From an uncultured virus (IMG/VR IMGVR_UViG_3300047499_000023) (Duplodnaviria > Heunggongvirae > Uroviricota > Caudoviricetes), in the IMG/VR virus record IMGVR_UViG_3300047499_000023: a stretch of DNA of 20,000 nucleotides; one strand, written 5' to 3'. The notes below the pieces were generated by a model. That model ran no database searches, was not told the origin of the DNA, and was given only the letters and a program-made list of their open reading frames with translations. Position 1 is the first letter of the stretch, and each line of letters starts with the position of its first letter. Both the position numbers and the translations under genes were made by a program. This document shows, one piece after another, positions 9,255-16,634 of this stretch.

Positions 9255-9548
9255 ATGCGCCTCTGCGACCTATCGCCAAAATGGTACGTGCTGCATGAGG
9301 GCGGCCCGCGCGTGGGCTTCACGTTCCTCTGCCCTCATTGCCGCGCGCATCGGATGGGAATCGCCGTCCACGATCAGGGTCATCGCATCATCACCGAAGC
9401 CGAGGAGGACACCCATGCTCCGCGGGCCGGCTTCGTCTGGCAGATCACCGGCGGCACGGATTTCCACGATATCAGCGTGACGCCGAGCGTGGACGGTAGC
9501 AGTTTCGGGTGTTGGCACGGCTTCATCACGAACGGTGAATGCAAATGA
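9255..9548 (+). CDS. DUF6527-like small Cys/His (Zn-binding) protein
   Basis: 'FLCPHC', 'WQ', 'SVTPSV', 'CWHGFITNG' pattern. Confidence 0.6.
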   Translation: MRLCDLSPKWYVLHEGGPRVGFTFLCPHCRAHRMGIAVHDQGHRIITEAEEDTHAPRAGFVWQITGGTDFHDISVTPSVDGSSFGCWHGFITNGECK

Positions 9549-9949
9549 CCGACGAGCCGCGCAAGAAAGCCGTTTACGTTGGAGCGCCGGCGATCTTCCG
9601 GCTCGAGCTCGCCTGTCAACATCTTGAAGAGGCATTTTGCGAGAAAGGATTGGGCGGGGTCTATCTGGTTGGGTCGGCTTTGCAGCGACCCGATTGGCGT
9701 GACGTTGATCTGCGACTGATCCTACCCGACGAGCAATTCGCCAAGCTGTTCCCTGACGCGGGTCAGTTTTGGGAATTCGATCCGCGATGGCTCGTGCTTA
9801 CCTGCGCAATATCCGCATGGCTCAAAGAACAGAGCGGACTGCCGATCGACTTCCAATTCCAGCCGCAGACTCACGCCAACGAGCGTCACAAGGGCGGGCG
9901 CAATGCAATGGGAATGCGGATCTCCAAACCGAAAGGAGAGCACCCATGA
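9545..9949 (+). CDS. Minimal nucleotidyltransferase (pol-beta superfamily)
   Basis: ATG at 9545 (ATGA overlap). 'VYLVGSA...DWRDVDLRLIL' gives GS plus DxD, with a third acidic residue in 'PIDFQ'. Confidence 0.75.
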   Translation: MTDEPRKKAVYVGAPAIFRLELACQHLEEAFCEKGLGGVYLVGSALQRPDWRDVDLRLILPDEQFAKLFPDAGQFWEFDPRWLVLTCAISAWLKEQSGLPIDFQFQPQTHANERHKGGRNAMGMRISKPKGEHP

Positions 9950-10170
9950 CACTTGAACTTCTGATCCAACTCCTCCCGCTGATCGAAAACGGCATCACCG
10001 TCATCGGCGCCGTCATCAAGGATCTGCAGGCCTCCGGCCACGATCCGAAAGCCCCACTCCCCCTCGAGCACCAGGCGAAGATCACGGCGGCGCTCGCGCC
10101 GATCGCGCAGCCTCTCTTCGATGCGGGGAGTGGCGGCCTGGACGACCCCGACGGGCCCGAGGGCGGCTGA
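9946..10170 (+). CDS. Small hypothetical protein (74 aa)
   Basis: ATG at 9946 in an ATGA overlap, AAGGAG RBS, amphipathic N-terminal helix. Fills the gap in the operon. Confidence 0.6.
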   Translation: MTLELLIQLLPLIENGITVIGAVIKDLQASGHDPKAPLPLEHQAKITAALAPIAQPLFDAGSGGLDDPDGPEGG

Positions 10171-10171
10171 G

Positions 10172-10657
10172 ATGTTCGCGACCAGCCTTTGCCTGACCGC
10201 GCTTACGCCCGATCTTTGGTCCATCGATCAGCCGCTCACCTGGATTGGCGATGAAGGCCCGATCGTGGTGCCGAAGGGCTTCATAACGGACCTGGCTTCG
10301 ATCCCGCGCGTCCTGCGGAATCTCCCGCTGCTCGACGTGGACGGCCTTTCGCGGCGGCCGGCGGCGCTCCACGACTGGCTCTACGCCGGGTATCGGCACA
10401 AGGGCAAGGCGTTCGCCGATCAGACGCTGCGCGCCGCGCTGATCGCCGAGGGCATGACCCACGCGGGCGCCTCGATCTATTACTACGGGGTGCATTGGTT
10501 CGGCGCCGGCGGCTGGAATTTCGATGCGATGCGCCACCCGTACGTGAATGTCAATCAGGCGAATCCGACGCCGTCGAACCTTGAGAGTTTCGATTTCGTC
10601 ACCGAGGCGGACTGGCAAGCCTGGCTTGCGACAAGCCCCGAGCCCAACGAGCGATGA
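10172..10657 (+). CDS. DUF1353 family protein
   Basis: 'VPKGFITDLASIPR', 'AALHDWLY', 'ADQTLRAAL', 'YYGVHWFG'. Confidence 0.88.
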   Translation: MFATSLCLTALTPDLWSIDQPLTWIGDEGPIVVPKGFITDLASIPRVLRNLPLLDVDGLSRRPAALHDWLYAGYRHKGKAFADQTLRAALIAEGMTHAGASIYYYGVHWFGAGGWNFDAMRHPYVNVNQANPTPSNLESFDFVTEADWQAWLATSPEPNER

Positions 10658-10848
10658 GCCTCTTCGGCTGGCTGTTCCGCCGGCGCGCGAAACGACCCGA
10701 CATCCCCCCGTATCAACCGCCGCCCGTGATCGTCCGCGAACAGGCGGCGCCGAAGGACGAGGGATTGATCGTTGAAGAACATGACACGTCGGCCATGACC
10801 CAGACGGGGGTCCATCGAGCGTGGCGGAAACTCACAGGAAGGGAATAG
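10654..10848 (+). CDS. Small hypothetical protein (64 aa)
   Basis: ATGA overlap with DUF1353. Ends 3 nt before the next ATG. Confidence 0.5.
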   Translation: MSLFGWLFRRRAKRPDIPPYQPPPVIVREQAAPKDEGLIVEEHDTSAMTQTGVHRAWRKLTGRE

Positions 10849-10856
10849 CCCATGGC
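10846..10856 (+). repeat. 11-bp direct repeat TAGCCCATGGC, copy 1 (copy 2 at 11848-11858)
   Basis: Identical stop-CCC-start junction on both sides of gene 10852-11850. Confidence 0.7.
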
Positions 10857-11850
10857 TAATTCAGAAGTCCCCATTACACCGGGGACTGGCTCAGAGATCG
10901 CGGTCTACACCGATACGGGCAGCGTCAACCATCAACGCGTCGTCATCGAGACGCAGAGTGGCACGGCAGATCCGGTCTCGGTCGGCGCCAGCAACCCGCT
11001 CCCCGTCACCGGCACGGTCGGCGTCTCCGGCGTCGTCTCGGTTGCGGAGAACGTGGAGGACGGCGAGGCGTTCACTCGAGGCGTTAACGCCGCGCTGCCC
11101 GTCATGGGCGTCGCCGAAACATCCAATCCCACGCTCACCGCCAACAAAGCGGCGACGCTGTCGATGGACCTTTCCGGGAATCTCCGCACGAAGGATGCGA
11201 ACGGCGGCAACGCGGCGACCGGCGTCACCATACCCACCGGAGGCCTCGGTATCCTGGGATGGCTTTCGGGGATCTACAACAGCCTTTTCGGCGGCATCCT
11301 GGGCGTGCACAACACGACGGCGCCCACGCTCACCAACGGCCAGGTGGGTCCCATTCAGTTGGACGCCTCCGGCAACCTGATGACGAATCTGTCCGCCGGC
11401 GGCGCCGCGGCGGGCACGGCCGGCAACCCCTCGGCCGACGTGATGACCATTCAGGGTGGTCCTGGCATGACGCCGGTCCAGGTCTCGCAGCCGCTCACGA
11501 CGACGGGCGGGGCGAGCTACTCAAATGAGATCGCGCCGGCGACGCCGGCGGCGGTGGCCGTCAAGACCTCGGCCGGCAACATCTACGGCGTGACCGCGAT
11601 GAACCTCGGCACGACGCCGGTCTACATCAAATTCTGGGACACCACCACGGCGCCCACGTTGGGATCGACCGCGGCCAACTATCAATTCATGGTCCCGGGC
11701 AACACGGGCGGCGCCGGCGTCGTGATTCAGTTCAACTTCCCGCGCTCGCATGCGAATCGCATTTACTACGCGGTCACGGGCGCCATCTCGCTCACCGATG
11801 ACACGTCGATCACCGGCAGCTCCGTCGTCGTGGACGTGGCCTACAACTAG
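10852..11850 (+). CDS. Putative virion accessory/fibre-base protein, module 1 (paralogue of 15859-16386)
   Basis: N-terminus 'EVPITPGTG..IA.Y.DT....HQ...SNPLP', Thr/Gly-rich spacer, C-terminal beta domain 'VKTSAGNIYG...YIKFWD...APTLG'. Confidence 0.65.
   Translation: MANSEVPITPGTGSEIAVYTDTGSVNHQRVVIETQSGTADPVSVGASNPLPVTGTVGVSGVVSVAENVEDGEAFTRGVNAALPVMGVAETSNPTLTANKAATLSMDLSGNLRTKDANGGNAATGVTIPTGGLGILGWLSGIYNSLFGGILGVHNTTAPTLTNGQVGPIQLDASGNLMTNLSAGGAAAGTAGNPSADVMTIQGGPGMTPVQVSQPLTTTGGASYSNEIAPATPAAVAVKTSAGNIYGVTAMNLGTTPVYIKFWDTTTAPTLGSTAANYQFMVPGNTGGAGVVIQFNFPRSHANRIYYAVTGAISLTDDTSITGSSVVVDVAYN
10862..10877 (+). repeat. 16-bp direct repeat CAGAAGTCCCCATTAC, copy 1 (copy 2 at 15872-15887)
   Basis: Exact match at the 5' ends of the two paralogous module-leading genes. 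Confidence 0.8.
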
Positions 11851-11853
11851 CCC

Positions 11854-12552
11854 ATGGCGTATGCACCGATCAACGTCGGGCCCGTCGCCTCGGCGTACAA
11901 CGCTGCGCTCTCGATCACCATGCCGACGGGCTTTGCCGCGGGCAATCTTCTCCTGCTCCAGAGCCAAATTTACCAGGGGAGTGCCGCCACGCCCACGGTG
12001 AGCGGATGGACGCGCTTGTCACCCGGCGTCAATGCCAAGCAGATCGCCCTCTGGGGCAAGATCGCTGTGGGGTCGGATGCGGCGCCATCGATCAATTGGG
12101 GGAGCTCGGTCAACGTGTTCTCCTCTGCATGGGTCGCCGCCTATTCGGGCAACCCGTCGACGCTCACCGGCATCGTTCATGCGAGCGCCGATGAGCTCAA
12201 CAACAACAAGCAGGACATCGATTACCCGGCGCTTGCGATCACGCAACCGGACTGCCTTGTCATCGCCGGCGGCGCGCGCGACAAGACCTCGGCGACCGAT
12301 TCCGCGACCTTCGGCACGTTGGGCGACTTCGTCATCCGCCAGTCGAGTGTGTTGCCCGCCTCGAGCGGCAATCTCGCGGCGGTGATGAACGAGCTGATCC
12401 AAACAAGCCCGACGAGCCTCGCGGCCGTCTATCAGTCGATGTCCACCGAGGATGCGACCACGCAGCAGTTCGAATCTTTCGTGATTGCGCTCTTGCCGGC
12501 CGTGACCGCCTCGAGCAGAACGCCGTCGCTCATGACCATGGGGGCGGGATGA
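11854..12552 (+). CDS. Beta-sandwich putative minor structural protein
   Basis: 'ITMPTGFAAGNLLLL...TVSGWTRL...LWGKIAVGSD', a pattern recurrent in phage minor structural proteins. Ends in LMTMGAG. Confidence 0.55.
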   Translation: MAYAPINVGPVASAYNAALSITMPTGFAAGNLLLLQSQIYQGSAATPTVSGWTRLSPGVNAKQIALWGKIAVGSDAAPSINWGSSVNVFSSAWVAAYSGNPSTLTGIVHASADELNNNKQDIDYPALAITQPDCLVIAGGARDKTSATDSATFGTLGDFVIRQSSVLPASSGNLAAVMNELIQTSPTSLAAVYQSMSTEDATTQQFESFVIALLPAVTASSRTPSLMTMGAG

Positions 12553-12839
12553 CGCATCGATTCGGATTCCTGCGGCGGACGATCACCGCGCTCATCCTCG
12601 AGCAGAACGTCACGTTGCCCACGGCGACGCTCGGTCAGCCGTATTCGCAGAGCATCGCGTCCTACGTGACGGGCGGCCAACCGACGCTCACGTTCCGCGA
12701 GCTCATCGACGCGGGCAACGGCGGTTTCGCCATGAGCTCCGCGGGCCTCATTACCGGATCGCCTGCCGTGCCGGCGCTGCTCACGGATCCCAACGGGGAT
12801 TATTTCGTGGATCAATCAGGGGATGTCTACACCACATGA
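12549..12839 (+). CDS. Small protein with an incomplete putative Ig (He_PIG-like) domain and an acidic C-terminal peptide
   Basis: 'LPTATLGQPYSQSI...GGQP...MSSAGLITGSP' matches the first part of the Ig repeat. ATGA-coupled on both sides. Confidence 0.65.
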   Translation: MTHRFGFLRRTITALILEQNVTLPTATLGQPYSQSIASYVTGGQPTLTFRELIDAGNGGFAMSSAGLITGSPAVPALLTDPNGDYFVDQSGDVYTT

Positions 12840-14011
12840 CCGTCAAGAGACTCGTTGTTTCAGGCGTGCAAACGAGCGCCTACATCCTCGCGAATTACCC
12901 GCCGGCGTCGAACGCGGGACTGCAGGCGAGCACGAGCGACATGGACCTGATGTCGTGCGACGGCATCCGATGGAACGTCATCGGCCGCCCGCCAATTCCG
13001 CCCGGCGCGGCAATGATCGGCGCCTGCAAGAATCTCTACACCTGTTTCCCGACGGTGAATGACATCGGCAATTGGAACGGGAGTTCCAACGCAGCCGGCG
13101 CGTTCCGGCTCTACAACGGCTTCGCCCCTTATGGGTACGCGCCCGATTCGACGGCCTATACGACCGCGTCCAACGGTCAATTGCAGTTGCTCTATCAGGG
13201 CAACGGCAGCACCGGAAATGGCCTTCTGACGTGCTGGCCTTACGCGACCGGCAAGGTTTACGCGAACTACGGCATGCTGCCTTCGCCGCAAGCGGGCCGC
13301 AGTTTCCACGCGCAATGCAACGTGACCATGAGCGGCAATCCGACCGACATGTTCAACGCGATGTTCCTGCTGCCGCAGGAGAAGAACAACGAACAGGACG
13401 ACACCGACCCGGCGCAGGGCGTGTCGCAATACGAGAAGTGGGCCGAATTCGATCTCAACGAGTCGGGACTCGGGACGAATCTTAGCGGCACGTATCGCGG
13501 CGCGTATTTGCAGTGGTCGGGCAAATACAATTGGGCGCTCACCATGGCGGCCGCCTACGCGTCGGGCACCACCAGCGTTTCGTTGTCGAGCCCATGGCAA
13601 GGCGAGACGGGCGCGTGGAACACGGTGTTCCAATCGGGTGATCAGCGCACGCTGAATCTGGTGAACGGATCGGCGGGACCGTATACCTGCACGGCGCTCT
13701 CGACGACCAACACCACGACCGCGGTCACTATCGGCTACACGCGCCTGCTCGCCGAATCGACCATCAGCACCACGGCGATCGACATGACGCAGGAGCACAC
13801 GCTCGCTGCAACCTACGATGCGACGAACGAGCTCTACACGACCTGGGTCGACAACTTGATGCTCGGGCAGGTGAGCACCTACAACGCGAATTCATCGAAC
13901 ACCTTCCGCGACGCGCTGCATTACAACTGGATCTTCCAGATGGCATCGCACGGCTCCCCGTACACGCCGACGACGATGAATCTCAAGTGCTTTGGTATGT
14001 GGGTGCCGTGA
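12836..14011 (+). CDS. GH16-like glycoside hydrolase with fibre-type N-terminal segment
   Basis: 'FNAMFLLP' followed by 'WAEFDLNE' (ExDxxE, 13445-13462) and 'QEHTLAATYD...TWVDN'. N-terminal 'YPPASNAG..A.TSD....SCDGIRW'. Confidence 0.7.
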   Translation: MTVKRLVVSGVQTSAYILANYPPASNAGLQASTSDMDLMSCDGIRWNVIGRPPIPPGAAMIGACKNLYTCFPTVNDIGNWNGSSNAAGAFRLYNGFAPYGYAPDSTAYTTASNGQLQLLYQGNGSTGNGLLTCWPYATGKVYANYGMLPSPQAGRSFHAQCNVTMSGNPTDMFNAMFLLPQEKNNEQDDTDPAQGVSQYEKWAEFDLNESGLGTNLSGTYRGAYLQWSGKYNWALTMAAAYASGTTSVSLSSPWQGETGAWNTVFQSGDQRTLNLVNGSAGPYTCTALSTTNTTTAVTIGYTRLLAESTISTTAIDMTQEHTLAATYDATNELYTTWVDNLMLGQVSTYNANSSNTFRDALHYNWIFQMASHGSPYTPTTMNLKCFGMWVP

Positions 14012-15831
14012 GCGATCTGCTGACCGTCCAAGTCGAGGATGCGCGCGCATCGATCGTTCACGGACAGTTTACGATCCCGATTTCGAATCCTTTGTCGATC
14101 TCGCCGGCGCCGCTCCCGAATGCCCAGGTGGGTGTCGCTTACTCGGCGCCGCTGACGTATCTCGGCGGCACCGCGCCCTATATCGAAACGATCATCGATC
14201 AGTCGGCCGGCAATACCTGGAGCATTTCCGGCGGCAATGTCGTCGGCACGCCGACCACGGCCGGCACGTTCTACATCAACGTCCTGATCGTCGATGCGAA
14301 CGAGGTGCCGCAGAATCAGGTGCTCACGATCATCGTGGCGCCCGCCTCGAGCGGCGGCGGCGCGGCCGTGGTTCAAAAGTTCGTTCCCGGTTATTACGTG
14401 CAGACCTCCGGGCAGACCGGGCTCAACACGGCGGAACTGTCCGTTCTCGCGCCCTACATGCCCGGCACGATCAAGGGCTACGGCATCTCGTATCCGTGGA
14501 GCCTCTTTCACACGGGGCTCAACACCTTCAATTTTTCGAAATACGATTCCGATTTTGCGGCGCTCCAGGCGTCGGCGCCGGGCGCGTACTTCGTGCCGAT
14601 GATTCGCTGGTTCAAGATCACGGGCAGCATCAACGCCACGGACGTTTCGACCTATAACCCAAATGGCGATTGCGTCCCCGCTTTCATTCTGAGCAACCCA
14701 AGCACCTACGGATCGGGACCGCCGGGGAGCGAGTGGGGCGGTTGGAACGCCAACGGCTATGGCGGGTCAGCGTTCGGCTACGACGAAGCCAACATGTGGA
14801 CGCCGGCGATCTACCAGCAGTATCTCGCGTTCCACGCCGCATTCATGGCGCATGTGCGTCCGGGTCAAAGTTATACGGTCGATGAAGATCCGCTCGTGCC
14901 GATCATCTTCGATTGGACGCCGACGGATCTCAATCTGCAGGGCAACCCTTCCGGCACTACGCCCTCGAGCTTCTCGGTCACGGCCTGGAAGAATGCGTGG
15001 CTCGCGCTGACGGATCCGATGACCGGCGTGGCGGCGCAATACGACTACACCCCGGTTGCGCAGATGCCGATGTTCGGCGGCAACGGCAACGGTGGATCCG
15101 AGTCGCCATCGGACCAGGGCCTGATCGTCACGAACATGTCGGAGGGCCCGACTTCAGCGATGTCCTGCACGGACATCACCGGCCAGATTGTCGGCACGCC
15201 GAGCGATGCGTCCTACGGCCAGTGGGCCTTCATGGGCAATACCTACTCGGGATCGACGCCGGTCACGGGTGGTGGCACCGATCGACGCAAGCAGATGCTC
15301 TCGGCGCCCACGATCCAAGGCGATGACATCAACGGGCCGAGCGGTCCCTACGAGCCGGGCAGCTATCCCTCGAGCACCACCGCGCAGCTCGTCACGCTCG
15401 CGACCGCGCTCGCCAACTTTGCGACGTCCTCTTCGGGGCTGAACGCGAGCATTGTCATGATGCCGTACGCGACGGCGAAGTTTTTGAGCACCGATTTTTC
15501 GAACATCATTTTGCCGGCGATCGAAGCGGCGAACGCGGTCAATACACTGCTCCCGCTCAATTACATGAATGCGCCGGGCGGCCTTACGGTGACGGGCACG
15601 ACCTCGAGCACGGTGTCGCTCTCCTGGACGCTGCAATCCCAGTACACCGGGACCGGGCTCACTTACACGATCTATCGGAACGGCACCGCTGTCGGCACCG
15701 GGCTCACGAGCGGGACGTACACCGATACCGGGCTCGCGGCCTCGACGACCTACGTCTACAAGGTCGCGGTCGCGAATTCAAATGGCACGGGCCCGCAGAG
15801 CGCGGGCGTGTCCGGAACTACCACATCCTGA
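14008..15831 (+). CDS. Multidomain protein: partial Ig + Ig + putative glycosidase-like barrel + FN3
   Basis: GTG at 14008 (GTGA overlap). Complete Ig 'LPNAQVGVAYSAPL...GGTAPY...GTPTTAGTFYINVLIVD'. Central 'KFVPGYY...YPWSLF...FNFSKYD' region. C-terminal FN3 'APGGL.VTGTTSSTVSLSW...YTIYRNG...YTDTGLAASTTYVYKV'. Confidence 0.7.
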   Translation: MSDLLTVQVEDARASIVHGQFTIPISNPLSISPAPLPNAQVGVAYSAPLTYLGGTAPYIETIIDQSAGNTWSISGGNVVGTPTTAGTFYINVLIVDANEVPQNQVLTIIVAPASSGGGAAVVQKFVPGYYVQTSGQTGLNTAELSVLAPYMPGTIKGYGISYPWSLFHTGLNTFNFSKYDSDFAALQASAPGAYFVPMIRWFKITGSINATDVSTYNPNGDCVPAFILSNPSTYGSGPPGSEWGGWNANGYGGSAFGYDEANMWTPAIYQQYLAFHAAFMAHVRPGQSYTVDEDPLVPIIFDWTPTDLNLQGNPSGTTPSSFSVTAWKNAWLALTDPMTGVAAQYDYTPVAQMPMFGGNGNGGSESPSDQGLIVTNMSEGPTSAMSCTDITGQIVGTPSDASYGQWAFMGNTYSGSTPVTGGGTDRRKQMLSAPTIQGDDINGPSGPYEPGSYPSSTTAQLVTLATALANFATSSSGLNASIVMMPYATAKFLSTDFSNIILPAIEAANAVNTLLPLNYMNAPGGLTVTGTTSSTVSLSWTLQSQYTGTGLTYTIYRNGTAVGTGLTSGTYTDTGLAASTTYVYKVAVANSNGTGPQSAGVSGTTTS

Positions 15832-15858
15832 TTTTTACCCTGAGAGGAGATTGCGACC

Positions 15859-16386
15859 ATGGCCGGTGATACAGAAGTCCCCATTACGCCCGGAACAGGC
15901 GCCGATATTGCCGGCTATCTGGATACGGCTGGCAATGTGCATCAGAAATTCATTCTTGAGATGCAGGGCCCGACCGATCCGCAGGACCCGGTCAAGATCA
16001 ACTCATCCAATCCGCTGCCGATCACGTTGGTTCCTGGCTCCGTCGGTACGACGCGATCGCGGATCAACTCCGCGGCGACCACCAACGCGACCAACGTCAA
16101 AGCCGCGGCTGGCGATCTCTTGGCCTTCGAGCTGTCCAACCAGTCGACCGGCTATCGATACGTCAAGTTCTACGATGCTGCGACGGCGCCCACGGTCGGC
16201 ACGACCGCGGTGGCGTTCGTGATCACAATCCCGCCCGGCGGCATGGTGAGCCCGGACTATACGGCCGCCGGCGGCATTCCGTTCACCACCGGAATCTCGT
16301 ATGCCATCACGGCCGGCACGGGGTTGGATGCCGACACGACGGCGGTCGCGGCTGCCGATGTGTCGGGATTCCTGCTCACCAAATGA
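15859..16386 (+). CDS. Putative virion accessory/fibre-base protein, module 2 (short paralogue of 10852-11850)
   Basis: GAGGAG RBS. Same N-terminal motif and same C-terminal domain ('VKAAAGDL...YVKFYD...APTVG') but without the long spacer. Confidence 0.65.
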   Translation: MAGDTEVPITPGTGADIAGYLDTAGNVHQKFILEMQGPTDPQDPVKINSSNPLPITLVPGSVGTTRSRINSAATTNATNVKAAAGDLLAFELSNQSTGYRYVKFYDAATAPTVGTTAVAFVITIPPGGMVSPDYTAAGGIPFTTGISYAITAGTGLDADTTAVAAADVSGFLLTK

Positions 16387-16634
16387 GCAGCTCCTGTTTC
16401 TACGTTCTGCCGCTGCAGCCGCTATGGCCGGATCCGCTGCCGACGTTCCCCGAGAACGTCGCAGTCTCGTACCAGCTCACGGCGGTCGGCGGCGTATTGC
16501 CCTACACATTCGGCCAGAGTTCGGGCAGCCTCCCGACGGGCTTAAGCTTGAGTTCATCGGGCCTCATCACCGGAACGCCGACCGTCGCCGTCACCCTGTC
16601 TCCCGAAACCTTCACTGTCACGGATAGCTCATGA
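16383..16634 (+). CDS. Small single putative-Ig protein lacking its last strand
   Basis: 'LPTFPENVAVSYQLTAVGGVLPYTF..SSGSLPTGLSLSSSGLITGTPT...FTVTDSS*', a canonical He_PIG pattern that stops at VTDS. Confidence 0.75.
   Translation: MSSSCFYVLPLQPLWPDPLPTFPENVAVSYQLTAVGGVLPYTFGQSSGSLPTGLSLSSSGLITGTPTVAVTLSPETFTVTDSS

Noticed and set aside
7840..10848. Similarity between 'ITRSGVWTIVKGKL' (7631 ORF) and 'MTQTGVHRAWRKL' (10654 ORF)
   Set aside because: Too short to distinguish from chance without a profile search.
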